DNA of 63,764 bases, counting the filler, from Octopus bimaculoides (taxonomy: Eukaryota), in the NCBI RefSeq assembly GCF_001194135.2. It is 4 parts of 4 records of this genome, joined end to end, with 100 filler letters (N's around TTAATTAATTAA, not from the genome) between each part and the next. Parts side by side here need not be neighbours in the genome. Positions count along the whole stretch, not along the records: positions 1 to 21,159 come from NC_068995.1; 3 more parts are not named here. One strand, written 5' to 3'. How positions within the stretch are numbered: the first letter of the stretch is position 1; each line of letters starts with the position of its first letter. The notes under the pieces were generated by a model. The model was not told the origin of the DNA and searched no databases. It was given only the letters and a program-made list of their open reading frames with translations. Both the position numbers and the translations under genes were made by a program. This document shows, in pieces, positions 1 through 13,824 of the stretch.

Positions 1-31
<31 letters not shown>

Positions 32-49
32 ATATGTATGTACATATAT

Positions 50-346
50 GGCGTTCCATCGGGTTCGAAGGCGAGAGCTTCAGTTGAAGTTGATCAGATC
101 AATGACACAGTCTGCTCGCAAAATGAACGTGCAAGTGATTCGGCACTTCACGGACACGCGTACTCTTAATGTACTTCCGAGGGAGATTTAGCGTGACGTA
201 GAGTGTGACAATGCTGGCCCTTTAAAATACAGATACTACTCATTTTCCACAACTGAATCTTGCTCAAGGACACATTGCGTCCGGGGGAATTGAACTCGTA
301 CCTTACGATCCTGAGCCGGATACCTTAACGATAAGCTTCGCATCCT
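50..346 (-). mobile_element. tRNA-derived SINE, family C (head at right end)
   Basis: Reverse complement reads AGGATGCGAAGCTTATCGTTAAGG...GAGTTCAATTCCC (A/B-box-like) followed by TGTGTCCTTGAGCAAG. Related heads occur at 41735-41850 and 42600-42830. Confidence 0.7.
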
Positions 347-446
347 CACACGCACATACACACACCACACACATTACACGTGCGCACGCACACGTGTCTG
401 TGTGTATCCATCTATCTACCTATCTATCTATCTATCTCTCTCTGTG

Positions 447-491
<45 letters not shown>

Positions 492-2158
492 NNNNNNNNN
501 NNNNNNNNNNNNNNNNNNNNNNNNNNNNNNNNNNNNNNNNNNNNNNNNNNNNNNNNNNNNNNNNNNNNNNNNNNNNNNNNNNNNNNNNNNNNNNNNNNNN
601 NNNNNNNNNNNNNNNNNNNNNNNNNNNNNNNNNNNNNNNNNNNNNNNNNNNNNNNNNNNNNNNNNNNNNNNNNNNNNNNNNNNNNNNNNNNNNNNNNNNN
701 NNNNNNNNNNNNNNNNNNNNNNNNNNNNNNNNNNNNNNNNNNNNNNNNNNNNNNNNNNNNNNNNNNNNNNNNNNNNNNNNNNNNNNNNNNNNNNNNNNNN
801 NNNNNNNNNNNNNNNNNNNNNNNNNNNNNNNNNNNNNNNNNNNNNNNNNNNNNNNNNNNNNNNNNNNNNNNNNNNNNNNNNNNNNNNNNNNNNNNNNNNN
901 NNNNNNNNNNNNNNNNNNNNNNNNNNNNNNNNNNNNNNNNNNNNNNNNNNNNNNNNNNNNNNNNNNNNNNNNNNNNNNNNNNNNNNNNNNNNNNNNNNNN
1001 NNNNNNNNNNNNNNNNNNNNNNNNNNNNNNNNNNNNNNNNNNNNNNNNNNNNNNNNNNNNNNNNNNNNNNNNNNNNNNNNNNNNNNNNNNNNNNNNNNNN
1101 NNNNNNNNNNNNNNNNNNNNNNNNNNNNNNNNNNNNNNNNNNNNNNNNNNNNNNNNNNNNNNNNNNNNNNNNNNNNNNNNNNNNNNNNNNNNNNNNNNNN
1201 NNNNNNNNNNNNNNNNNNNNNNNNNNNNNNNNNNNNNNNNNNNNNNNNNNNNNNNNNNNNNNNNNNNNNNNNNNNNNNNNNNNNNNNNNNNNNNNNNNNN
1301 NNNNNNNNNNNNNNNNNNNNNNNNNNNNNNNNNNNNNNNNNNNNNNNNNNNNNNNNNNNNNNNNNNNNNNNNNNNNNNNNNNNNNNNNNNNNNNNNNNNN
1401 NNNNNNNATATATATATATATATATACATATAACTTATACAGCTAGGTATTCAATCAAATTTGAATAAGATAGCAGGCGTTGATAATGGAGATTAAGCTA
1501 TTTACGGTATATTGGCACATAATTTAAACAATTTGATTCGTCAAATACTTGCCTGTGATATAATATCTACACGATCTTAGGTAATGCGAGAGCATACAGT
1601 TACAAGGTCGGGGAAGAACATGAAACCGTTGCAATGATCCCATTCTAAACGATCCTAGGAATATAAAATCATTCATGTAGTATGTTGTAATATGTCTGTT
1701 TACGCAAAATGTTGCCGAAACATGTGCAGTTGTAAATAATATCTCTAATAAGACAGATTTCTTCGTGTTGTGCATTGGGAATGAATTAATCAGCGTTATC
1801 AACAAATTCACTTCAACGGAATTACACTAAACAGTCGTTGCTAACTCATTGTGTATATATTCTATAAATGACAATGCGCTACTAATCAGGCTGTGAAAAG
1901 AAAATGGATTTTCTATCACCGATGATAACATATGTAGTGCAATTACACCATTAGTTATCAAAGCGATTCTGAAATTGCATGCTAATTACAATAGTTAAAC
2001 CTGTGTGTCACTGTGCATCATTATACAGTATTAGTATTAACTAGTCTGTCAGCAAATTTATCTTCTATTTTCTATATAATCATTGAATTGTCTTATAATA
2101 TGCACAAGTGCTGTATAAGTGATGAGAACATGGATACGCTCGTTACACACTTAGACAG

Positions 2159-2208
<50 letters not shown>

Positions 2209-2225
2209 ATGCCTATGCATATATA

Positions 2226-2285
<60 letters not shown>

Positions 2286-2755
2286 ACATACTTACATACA
2301 TACATACATACACACACGAACTTCTATTTTAATATTTATTTCCATTGTGTACAATAATATCTGGAGCAATGAATTACATAATTATTCTCAATTGCTTTCC
2401 GGCAGAGTCAAGCAAATACCAAACACAAATATGCCAATCTGTGGTGTGTAGAGCACAGGAGAAAAAAACATTGTGCTCTTACGACACCACTGTGTTATCT
2501 AAGTACTGTGGTCGTAAAAGGTGGAGTAATTGTTCTCTTGCAACATGCACAATAGTCACCATCGATTTTGCGTTTGAATCTGTCGGAACGCATTAATATA
2601 CATCATACATCACATAAATCATACATCGACGCACACACAGACATACACACACCCTCATGCACACACACACATACAAAAACACACACTCAAACACACACGA
2701 TATATATATATATATATATATATAGATATATATATATATATATATAGATAGCTAG

Positions 2756-2786
<31 letters not shown>

Positions 2787-2972
2787 GATAGATAGATAGA
2801 CATCTTGTCTCTCCTTCTTGTTTTACATTTCTTCATGTATATCTGCATTGATCTCTTCTTATTTACATCGACTCTTGTCTCTCTCCATTTTTATTTATAT
2901 CGATTTTTAACTCAGTTTTTCTCATCTCCACATATTTTAAACCCCCCCGCTCTATCTCTCTCTCTATCTCTA

Positions 2973-3008
<36 letters not shown>

Positions 3009-3168
3009 TATTGTTGTCTCTTGGGTTCTCGAACCCCATTTTCGTTTCTCTGTCTCTCCTGGCTCTCTGCTTCTCTTGACTACGTTTACATTAACCCTTC
3101 TCTCTATTCCTCTCTCTCTATTTATACGTCCACTTTTTCCTGCCCTCAGTTCTTCCCTAACTCAGCAA

Positions 3169-3745
3169 CATGGCCCTCAGCAAGGCCAACTACACCAAAC
3201 ACAGCATTAAATGCATAATACAAAGACACTCGCAGTTTGAGGTAATACAAACACTGCTCATTATATGGAACTTTTCAGAAACAAAACCATGAAACACTCT
3301 ACTTGCGGAAACCTTGAACAGCTTTGATTTTCACAAATTCATGGCTCGTATCGAAACGGAAAAGAACGAATTCATTCGTTCTATGCCTTGATTAAGCGTT
3401 ACGTTGAGTAATGATACAATATAATCAAAGGGGTAAATAAAAATAAAAAGGCGAAAAAGAGACCAGTAACGAAATTGGCTGCGAGAAGGAACAGTTTGAT
3501 ACTATGAGAGAGGAACGCAACAAAACAGTTATTTCCACTCTGGACAAAATTGAACCCAATGAGTACAACAAAACAAAACAAATGTCCACCAGGGAGAATA
3601 GAAGAAACCAATGATTACAATCGATTTACATACAAGCAAAACAAAAGTTCTGAAAAAGAAAATGTCGAAACAGACTGCAAGTCCTATGCAAAGGGCACCT
3701 GCTGACACACAGACACTGGGATCGGCTGTAGATTCCCCCATTACA
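3169..3745 (+). mobile_element. Degenerate ORF with a CCCH-like motif, possibly a LINE ORF1 remnant
   Basis: 3676-3741 translates CKSYAKGTC*HTDTGIGCRFPH (C-x7-C-x8-C-x3-H, containing a stop). The upstream region is frameshifted and charged. Confidence 0.3.
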
Positions 3746-4047
3746 AGTCCCAGGTGGGCAGTATTAGTTTCATTTACCTGAAATTACCGAGATACGACAA
3801 GTTTAATACGAATAACTTCGAAAATAAAGAGTTTTCTTAAAAACGCTAAGATTAAATAATGTTTTAAATGACACATTCTATCAGTATTCGAAATTTTCAA
3901 GTGTTTAGTTACAAAAAATCATTTTTTCAATGTGCCTGCCAAAAAGAAAAGATCCCCCAGGAAAATTGGCAATACCCCCTACAAAATGAGTGGTGGAGAA
4001 AAGTTGCCAACAGGTGGATACACGAAATTCAACTCTATACTTTAAAG

Positions 4048-4123
4048 AGTGTCTTCTACTATTGCATAGGGCCGACCAAATCCTTGTGAGTGAATTTGGT
4101 AGACGGAAACTGAAAGAAACCCG

Positions 4124-4126
<3 letters not shown>
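4048..4126 (+). mobile_element. SINE family A, partial 5' half running into (TA)n
   Basis: GTGTCTTCTACTAT...ACCAAATCCTTGTGAGTGAATTTGGTAGACGGAAACTGAAAGAAACCCGTC matches the copy at 31390. Confidence 0.85.
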
Positions 4127-4154
<28 letters not shown>

Positions 4155-4238
4155 NNNNNNNNNNNNNNNNNNNNNNNNNNNNNNNNNNNNNNNNNNNNNN
4201 NNNNNNNNNNNNNNNNNNNNNNNNNNNNNNNNNNNNNN

Positions 4239-4665
4239 GTAAGCCAGGGATCATTCGTAAATAATGTTTACTTCCGTTTTTGATTAATCTAAGTGCTCCT
4301 ACAAGCACTGGTATTGTAGCTGTCTTGAGATACCAATTCTCTTAGATTTCGATTATCAAATCTTTATATTTTGTGAGCTTTTCAAATTCTTATGCCAAGA
4401 TATAATGGTTGCAGGATATGTTCATGTCAATCAATATACAAACTTTATTGTTTTGGTCTTTCACAACACTTTCTAGTTTATTTGCTTTCATGGTCCGCCT
4501 GTACATGCTGGGAAGTCCCAAAGAATAGTTACATTTTTTTCACTCAGTTACAGCTTCAGGGTGGTGCTTGTACCATTTGCTAGCGGTTTTGATTCTATAA
4601 TTCCGACACATTATCCACTGGAGATATTGGTCAACTCTGGCATTTCTTGATTTGTACTCTACAGT
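4239..4665 (-). mobile_element. R4/Dong-type non-LTR retrotransposon remnant, restriction-like endonuclease C-terminus
   Basis: Minus-strand translation with stops and shifts: YLQWIMCRNYRIKTASKWYKHHPEAVTE..VTILWDF..KANKLESVVKDQNNKVCILIDM..FEKLTKYKDLIIEI..TIPVLVGALRLIK, the typical RLE layout (LWDF, PD..D, EK..KY.DL, IPV.VGALG). Confidence 0.85.
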
Positions 4666-4713
4666 AGAAACCTTACATATAGTTATTATTAATATTATTA
4701 TTATTATTATTAT

Positions 4714-4928
4714 GGCGGCAAGTTGGTAGAATCGTTTGAACGCCGGGCAGAAGTCTTATCGGCATTTCGTCAGTCTTTACGTTCAAATTCCACCGACGTC
4801 AACTTTACCTTTCATCCTTTCGAGGACGATAAATAAAGCACTTACGAAACATTGGGATTCATATAATCGGCCATCCTCCTCCCTCAGAATTTCAGGCCGT
4901 GTAATTATAGTAGAAAGGATAATCATTA
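4714..4928 (+). mobile_element. tRNA-derived SINE family B (Deu/Nin-like central domain)
   Basis: GGCGGCAAGTTGGTAGAATCG...TTCAAATTCC...CTTTCATCCTTTCGAGG.CGATAA; many copies in the window; flanked by (TAT)n. Confidence 0.85.
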
Positions 4929-5233
4929 GTATTTTTTTATGGGGCTTTTCCGTGAGCAACACTCGAACGTCCCCTCCGTATTGAGGATTACACAGTATTT
5001 ATTTTCTTCTTTCTTCATTCTTTTTTGAAAAGAAAAAAAAATGTTAGTTGTGTTTACACGCAAATCTCTCACAACACAAACACACTCACATACACGCATA
5101 TTCTCTGCTTTGATCTGTGACATCCACAATGCTTTTCTTAATGTAAACCCTTGTAGTTGATAAAGAAATCATCATCATCATCCTTATTTTCTTCTACGTT
5201 TTCTTGTTGTTGTTGTTGTTGTTGTTGTTGTAA

Positions 5234-5406
5234 ATGCTTAGCGATATTTCGCCCGTCCTTTCCTTCTGAGTTCAAATTCCGTTTAGGCTGACTTTGGCTT
5301 TCATCCTTTCGGGGTCGATTAAATAATACCAGTTATGCACTGGATCAATGTAATCGACTTAATCCCTTCCCCCATTTTTGAGGCTTTATGCTTCCAGTAG
5401 AAAGAA
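5234..5406 (+). mobile_element. SINE family B, 5'-truncated, running into (TAT)n(TAG)n
   Basis: GAGTTCAAATTCC...TTTCATCCTTTCGGGGTCGATTAAATAATACCAGTTATGCACTGG...TAGTAGAAAG. Confidence 0.85.
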
Positions 5407-5526
<120 letters not shown>

Positions 5527-6553
5527 CCTTCAATCACATCCATCATCTCCGTTAATATTATTAATGATGTTATCGAAGTCAGTTTTGGTGTAATTGTTTG
5601 TTGATATTGATATTTTTCAGAAGTCGATAACTATCACTTTCTTACATTACCTGTGTTTGTATGTGTGCGTGTGTTTATGTATACATACATACATATATAN
5701 NNNNNNNNNNNNNNNNNNNNNNNNNNNNNNNNNNNNNNNNNNNNNNNNNNNNNNNNNNNNNNNNNNNNNNNNNNNNNNNNNNNNNNNNNNNNNNNNNNNN
5801 NNNNNNNNNNNNNNNNNNNNNNNNNNNNNNNNNNNNNNNNNNNNNNNNNNNNNNNNNNNNNNNNNNNNNNNNNNNNNNNNNNNNNNNNNNNNNNNNNNNN
5901 NNNNNNNNNNNNNNNNNNNNNNNNNNNNNNNNNNNNNNNNNNNNNNNNNNNNNNNNNNNNNNNNNNNNNNNNNNNNNNNNNNNNNNNNNNNNNNNNNNNN
6001 NNNNNNNNNNNNNNNNNNNNNNNNNNNNNNNNNNNNNNNNNNNNNNNNNNNNNNNNNNNNNNNNNNNNNNNNNNNNNNNNNNNNNNNNNNNNNNNNNNNN
6101 NNNNNNNNNNNNNNNNNNNNNNNNNNNNNNNNNNNNNNNNNNNNNNNNNNNNNNNNNNNNNNNNNNNNNNNNNNNNNNNNNNNNNNNNNNNNNNNNNNNN
6201 NNNNNNNNNNNNNNNNNNNNNNNNNNNNNNNNNNNNNNNNNNNNNNNNNNNNNNNNNNNNNNNNNNNNNNNNNNNNNNNNNNNNNNNNNNNNNNNNNNNN
6301 NNNNNNNNNNNNNNNNNNNNNNNNNNNNNNNNNNNNNNNNNNNNNNNNNNNNNNNNNNNNNNNNNNNNNNNNNNNNNNNNNNNNNNNNNNNNNNNNNNNN
6401 NNNNNNNNNNNNNNNNNNNNNNNNNNNNNNNNNNNNNNNNNNNNNNNNNNNNNNNNNNNNNNNNNNNNNNNNNNNNNNNNNNNNNNNNNNNNNNNNNNNN
6501 NNNNNNNNNNNNNNNNNNNNNNNNNNNNNNNNNNNNNNNNNNNNNNNNNNNNN

Positions 6554-6644
<91 letters not shown>

Positions 6645-6648
6645 AAGT

Positions 6649-6684
<36 letters not shown>

Positions 6685-7580
6685 ATATATTTATTGGCAT
6701 ATGTGTGTTGTTATTACGGTTGATATTCGTGTTGTTATGTGTATATATTTCGTAAGCGTTGTCAAATTTACTCTGCCGACAAGCCTGTTTCTTCATAACA
6801 GACTTATTTACACGTGTACACTAAAGTATATTGCCAAATGTAATTAAAATATTATTTAACTATTTGCAAAACACGAATCTCAACGAAATAAAATCAGCCA
6901 TGATTAATTTCAAACATTAATATATTTTACATTTTCGTGCTTTTTTCTCATTCAATTAGTGAAATAAAATTGGAAAACACTCGGTTTTCTGTAGTTTGTT
7001 TATACTTATATATAAAAAGATGCAACTTTTACTTAATTGATATGTTACACCTTTCACTTTTCCGTGATTTTAATATCTTTCATATTTTGAAACCCAACCG
7101 TATATCACTGTAAATAATATGTTATTAATTATTATAGCCATGTTCCTACTTAAGATACATAATAGGGCCTTGTGATGAAGATACTTCTATAAAAGCAAAG
7201 AAAGTGTAGCGTATCTATGTACGTATTACTTTTGCTATTAAAATGATTACATGCTACTTCCCATCTGCTTAATGTAATATGCAAATTTTAAGAGTGCAGC
7301 ATGAATATTAGCATATATTGCCAAGAGAAAATAATACATGACATGAAGTTTTAGAATCAAAATTTATGTATGAATATATGAGTAATAAATAAAAATTAAA
7401 ATTTCAGATTTACATTTCAGAGGAAAACGGCACTAACAAATAACATTCATACATATTTGCTAATAATCCAATAAAGAACATTTGCAGATAACATGTATAC
7501 ACAAATAAAATAAAGCGTTACATATAAAATACGTGCGCATATATGAAAATTAGACATATCAGACTAATTTATATATGCCT

Positions 7581-7621
<41 letters not shown>

Positions 7622-8060
7622 CACACATCTGCATGCGTATATGTATATAGATATATTTGTGGGTGTGCGTGTGTGTGTGTATGTTTGCGTGAGTGTGTAT
7701 GCATATATAAGTATGTATTTATAGGTATATATATATATGTGTCTGTAAGTATGTATTTATATGTATATATATATCTATATGTGTCTGTGTGTATGTATAT
7801 ATATATAAATATATATATATATATNNNNNNNNNNNNNNNNNNNNNNNNNNNNNNNNNNNNNNNNNNNNNNNNNNNNNNNNNNNNNNNNNNNNNNNNNNNN
7901 NNNNNNNNNNNNNNNNNNNNNNNNNNNNNNNNNNNNNNNNNNNNNNNNNNNNNNNNNNNNNNNNNNNNNNNNNNNNNNNNNNNNNNNNNNNNNNNNNNNN
8001 NNNNNNNNNNNNNNNNNNNNNNNNNNNNNNNNNNNNNNNNNNNNNNNNNNNNNNNNTATG

Positions 8061-8095
<35 letters not shown>

Positions 8096-8462
8096 ATATG
8101 CAAATATGTATATATATATATATATGGATACGCACACGTGCAGACATGGATGCCTGCATACGTATATACTTACATAATTCTATATGCCTGATTATTTTCG
8201 ATATCATAATGCGTTTGTCTTGAATACATAATGGATTTTCAAATTAATGGTTGAAAACTAGACATAAAGGTCTAATAAGAAAATTCGGGATAAAAAAAAT
8301 CATGATTAATAATGAGGCATTAAACCCAGACGCAATTATGCTTTCAATATCAGAACTGTAGGAAACATTACCGGGAAGGAAGTGTTGTACCCATAAGGAC
8401 AAAGAATTACAAGCAAACACACATGCTATAAAATAAAAACAAAGCACAGGCAAAAATGTGCA

Positions 8463-8515
<53 letters not shown>

Positions 8516-8666
8516 ACACACACACTCACATACACACACACACATACACGCACACTCTCACTCACACAAAAACACACACTCAGACATACACACGCACACA
8601 ATTTTATAAATGACATTTTTCCAGACTCCATAAAGTTTCTCTCTACTTTTTTCGCTCTTAAATCAG

Positions 8667-8786
8667 GTTTCTGCTTCGGATTTCTGTGGAAGACTCTTCC
8701 GTATCTGGGAAGCACTATCTGTTTTCGAGGCCACCTTCTTAATTGTGTTCAACGATATATTCCATATCTACCTGATGCTTTTTAAG
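8667..8786 (+). CDS. Candidate 120-nt exon (VSASDFCGRLFRIWEALSVFEATFLIVFNDIFHIYLMLFK), product unknown
   Basis: Pyrimidine tract and CAG acceptor, AAG/GTATGG donor, open phase 0-0 frame. May instead be the antisense of a LINE remnant. Confidence 0.25.
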
Positions 8787-9126
8787 GTATGGGTTAGCTC
8801 CTCAAAACTTTTAATTGTATAAAGTTTATTTTCAACAATTTAAATGTTCCATGAAGAAAAAAATGTAAAAGAAAGAAACATCGTTAGTAATCGCATTTTA
8901 TTCTTTTTAGCTATCTTTTGACAAACTAGACCGAGTATTCTGTCAAGGCCGAGAATACAATAAGTTAGTTATACTTCATGGAGAATAATAAATGCATCAT
9001 CAGACTGTCTTCAGAGCATAAAATCGTAAAGATCCGATAATTTATTTCAGATTTTCACAACTACTCATGAAATTATTTCATCCCCTATGCGCCTACACTG
9101 CTAAGGGGATTAGTCATACTGCTTAC

Positions 9127-9288
9127 TTTGCCACAGGTCTTGGCGCATATGCTTGTGACAGTGTCCACAAAAAGCTGTCAAGCTATTTTGATGCTGGAGG
9201 AGCAGTGATCATGTGTGAAAGACCAGTCAATATGTGATAGTTCGTTCATGATTGAGTCCCAGTCGGCATCATAAAGATTCATGGTATA
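9127..9288 (-). mobile_element. APE-type LINE ORF2 fragment (endonuclease-RT linker), still open and bounded by splice-like sites
   Basis: YTMNLYDADWDSIMNELSHIDWSF..LTAFVDTVTSICAKTCGK fits the N.xxADW..I..EL..IDW...F...V..IC.K pattern of CR1/Jockey-like linkers. TAG acceptor and GTAAGC donor at the ends. Confidence 0.45.
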
Positions 9289-9879
9289 CTATGGATATGT
9301 ATATATTTTATATAAATATATTTTATCTATATATAAATTTTATATGTATATTTTATAAATATATATATATTATATATATATGTTATATATATGTATATAT
9401 GATATGTATATATTATAGATATACATATATATGTACAATACTAAACACACACACACACACACATGTATATATGTATATGATTTTATTTCTTGTCAGTCTT
9501 TTGTTTCAATCTAACGAATCAATTAGAGTTTCATTTATAATTTAGCATGCATTTAATTAGCGTTATTAACGGCAATTGTTCAATACTAATAGACATATTC
9601 GATTATACTGCACTCACTAAATGCTTTACACAGGGCATGTTAGCAAATATTAAAGTATATTAATTGAATTCGTTGAAGAGAATTAGAAATCTTTAAATGC
9701 TTCGGTGAGTCTAAACTGTTGAGTGTCCACAGCTGTAAGTAAAAATGATGTCGATAATAATAGTTCTAGGTCAGTCTCAGCGAACCAATGTATTTGCTGT
9801 GCATTTCAGTCTATGTGACCACACTGATCTCTTTAAATATATATTCAATATATGTTTCTTACTTCTGTATTGCCCAGAA

Positions 9880-10082
9880 CGGGCTAAACATAGAAGGGAC
9901 AAACAAGGACAGATAAAGGGATTAAGTCGATTACATAGATCCCAGTGCGTAACTGGTACTTAATTTATCGACCCCGAAAGGCTGAAAGGCAAAGTCGACC
10001 TCGGTGGAATTTAAACGTAACGGCAGACCAAATATCGTTAAGCATTTCGCCCTGCACGCTAACATTGCTGGCAGCTTGCCGC
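9880..10082 (-). mobile_element. SINE family B
   Basis: Reverse complement of the family B consensus, including GCCTTTCAGCCTTTCGGGGTCGATAAATTAAGTACCAGTTACGCACTGG. Confidence 0.9.
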
Positions 10083-10112
10083 ATTCATAAATTCAATATT
10101 TGTTTCTGTGTG

Positions 10113-10160
<48 letters not shown>

Positions 10161-10429
10161 NNNNNNNNNNNNNNNNNNNNNNNNNNNNNNNNNNNNNNNN
10201 NNNNNNNNNNNNNNNNNNNNNNNNNNNNNNNNNNNNNNNNNNNNNNNNNNNNNNNNNNNNNNNNNNNNNNNNNNNNNNNNNNNNNNNNNNNNNNNNNNNN
10301 NNNNNNNNNNNNNNNNNNNNNNNNNNNNNNNNNNNNNNNNNNNNNNNNNNNNNNNNNNNNNNNNNNATACATACATATATATATACATATATATGTATGC
10401 ATATATATGTATATGTATATATATGTATG

Positions 10430-10473
<44 letters not shown>

Positions 10474-10482
10474 TACACACAT

Positions 10483-10514
<32 letters not shown>

Positions 10515-13284
10515 GTCTATATGTGCATCACTACGAGCGTTTCCGCAAATCGAATAAAATAGTACATGCGCATCGGGTGAATCGTAGTTCATGCTTTCAA
10601 TTCATCAGTTGATATAGCATTAAAGTTAGAAGCACCGAATATATAACTGAAAGGTTTTTTTGTGAATTTTCTCCAATCAAAATGTCCAACGGTGTATTTG
10701 GGCTGTTCTTCCTCTATTTGATATGGAAAAATAATGAGGGAAAAAGAGAAAGGAATGTCTATGATGAAGGAGAGGGACGAGTGTGTGGTGAAGCAACACT
10801 TTTTTTTTTTAATATTTGTGTGTCCAGATGTTAAGGATGGGTAGTATAATTCACTGGATTGGCTTTAATCACAGCAGGCACTCCCTCAATGAATTCAGAT
10901 ATTGTAGGGTCAGGAAGGAAACGAAACTGTTATTATAAAGCCAGAGTGAAATATATCATCCGAGGAGTTTGCAATATTTGAGTTTAAAAGATGAGATAGA
11001 ATATTGCCAGTGTGTTTAGGCCTTTGAACATCTAATGTTAGATATGTATCAGCGTGTCTGTGTGTGCGTACGTATAAACATTTAAGAAATTTAACAGTTG
11101 ATTGCAATAATATTTATATTTTAACTCGATAAAACGCTTATAAAGTTTATTCAATGCTGTCTTCTTAGTTTCTACAGTTGACATCGGATCGGGTTTCTTG
11201 CCCTGCAAGTACATTTGGTAGAGCAAAGTTTAGGTTATTTAAAATATGTTTGGGACATATTTCAAATGAATTTGCCTTTTGTTAGCTGAGGAGAATCCTT
11301 AGCTGAGAATCCTGTATGGGAATCCTGATAGATTGTGACGCAGGTCAGATATAGTGATTTTACACATTTTTTTTTTACGTAAAAGAGAAATGTCTCCATG
11401 GTAACACTAGTGAATTTGCCTTTGAGCTGTTGAAATTTGTCACAAACATATTTTAATTTACCTAAACATTGCTTATGCTTAAACACTGCTTGGCGCTATT
11501 ATTGCGTCAAGATGTTTATGTGTGTTTGTTTGCGTGCGTATGTGTGTGTGTATGTGTGTGTGCGCGTGTGTGTGTGTGCATGTGTGTGTGTGTGTATGTG
11601 TGTGTGTGTGTGTGTGGGTGTGTACGTCTGTGTTTGCGCGTGTGCAAGTCCATGTATCAAACATACCTATGTACTTATACATGCATATGGATTATCAATG
11701 TTTCTTTTTTTTTTACCAATTATTGATTCTGAAAATATGGACAAGAACATAAATTTTACCGAAATAAACCCTAGTACTTAACCGCCAGTTATTGTATCGA
11801 CCAGTGAAAGATGAAAAGCGAATTGGACTGCTACACTAAGTAACTAACCAATTATCGTATAGAGATAATAATAGTATAGTCAAGAAATAGCAGAAAAAAA
11901 TAGATATAAGTACCATATTTGAGAAAATAATGAGTAGCAGGCGGTTTGTAGTACAAACGAAGATGCAATATTTTCATGCGGTTCGATTCCTGTTTGAATG
12001 CCTTCTTTTTTCTCCTAATATTTTTCATGTAGCGTGTAATTCCATTAAACACATTTGCACACCCATATATATATACCTACGCATATTTATATATATATAT
12101 GTGTATGTATGTGTGTATATATGTGTGTATATATATATGCATACACACACACACACACACACACACAGACACACACACAAATGTGCTGTATAATTTCCAT
12201 GAAGCCTTGTCTGATAAATATGAATTAATTTTTTAAAGCCAAAACAATGCAAGTTATAAAAAGTCAATTGCACACGTTTTTACCAGCTATTTTAATATTT
12301 TAGGGTCAAAACCCCTTATTCACAAAATATATGAAGAAAAGGGGCTGCTGATTTTCTTGTCTGCTCTGAAGTGTCTGTGTATTAAGGGTTGTTTCCATTG
12401 CTATGTGATCAAATCAGCCTCGAGAAGTTTCGATCTCTTATTAATTTCCGTGTTGCACCTGTTAATTAAAATAGCATTTTTAAATCCCGAAGTTCACAAC
12501 GTTTGTTTCTGTAGCTTCAATGCAAACAAACCTGGAAGGCTTTTGTGTTAATATCTGGAAGAAATATAAGGATCGGGGTGTACGTTAATCTGCATGTGAA
12601 CGTGTCTGGTCGTAATTATTATGTATAGTTCATTCACATCCTCCTGCGAGCAGGCCATCAAAATAAAAATAATATTCAATATAAAATCTGAAGTGGAGCA
12701 GCGAGATACCACATACTCTTTATCTCTGATTTTGAATAAAGTGTCACAGAAAGCGCATATATAAACACTAACTTTAAAAGAAAAGCGGCATCTAGGGGGC
12801 CAATTTTTACATCATGATTCATGCCTGCTCATCAGAGGCGTATGCTAGAAGTGAGATCTACAGGATAGGCAGCAAATGCAACAAGACCCGAAGCGGACAT
12901 AGCAGCACCATACAATACAGAAACTGATAGAGAATGGTTATGAATGCTCTCTCTCTAAATGCCAGGAAATCACCAGAATACCTAGCAAAGCTTGCTCGTC
13001 CAAGGGATGTGAATGTAGCAAGTATGGCCCCTGTGATAATGGCCTTACACTGAAAATATGCTTGTAAACCAGAGGAGTTGAAGAGGAGAGAGGTGCCTGC
13101 CGGTGGTCTCTTTGGCTGTCGAGGATGAGAGGGGTTCCTTCGTTGGCCCTTAGTGGGACACCACCATCACGAGGAATTACGTTATTTCCATTTTGTTATT
13201 ATTTATATGCTATTCGATATTTTTGTACTGAATTCCACTCGTCCCTTGTTTCGTATTGTCCCACTTTGTTTTGCGTCCGGCCAA

Positions 13285-13560
<276 letters not shown>

Positions 13561-13824
13561 TTTAAAATAAAATATGCTCCGTTGTCTTCTGCTGAACCGG
13601 AGACATCCCTTGATACTAGGGTCACAGTAGGTCCTCATCTCATGGAGAGTACACGGCGCAAAATCCAAGCTGGCGTCCAACATTAAAAATTAATGATTGC
13701 GATGAACAGGAAATAAGTTTTATTATAATAAACGTTATTTATTATGCAAAATTTGACACAAATAGCTTTATATTTACGTTTTCAAGGATTTGTTTTACTC
13801 TCTTCTTCACTAACTCAGGTTATA

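Noticed and set aside
9127-9160. ShKT domain suggested by CAKTCGK
   Set aside because: Only three Cys in the frame and no C.D..C start; the upstream sequence fits a LINE linker better.
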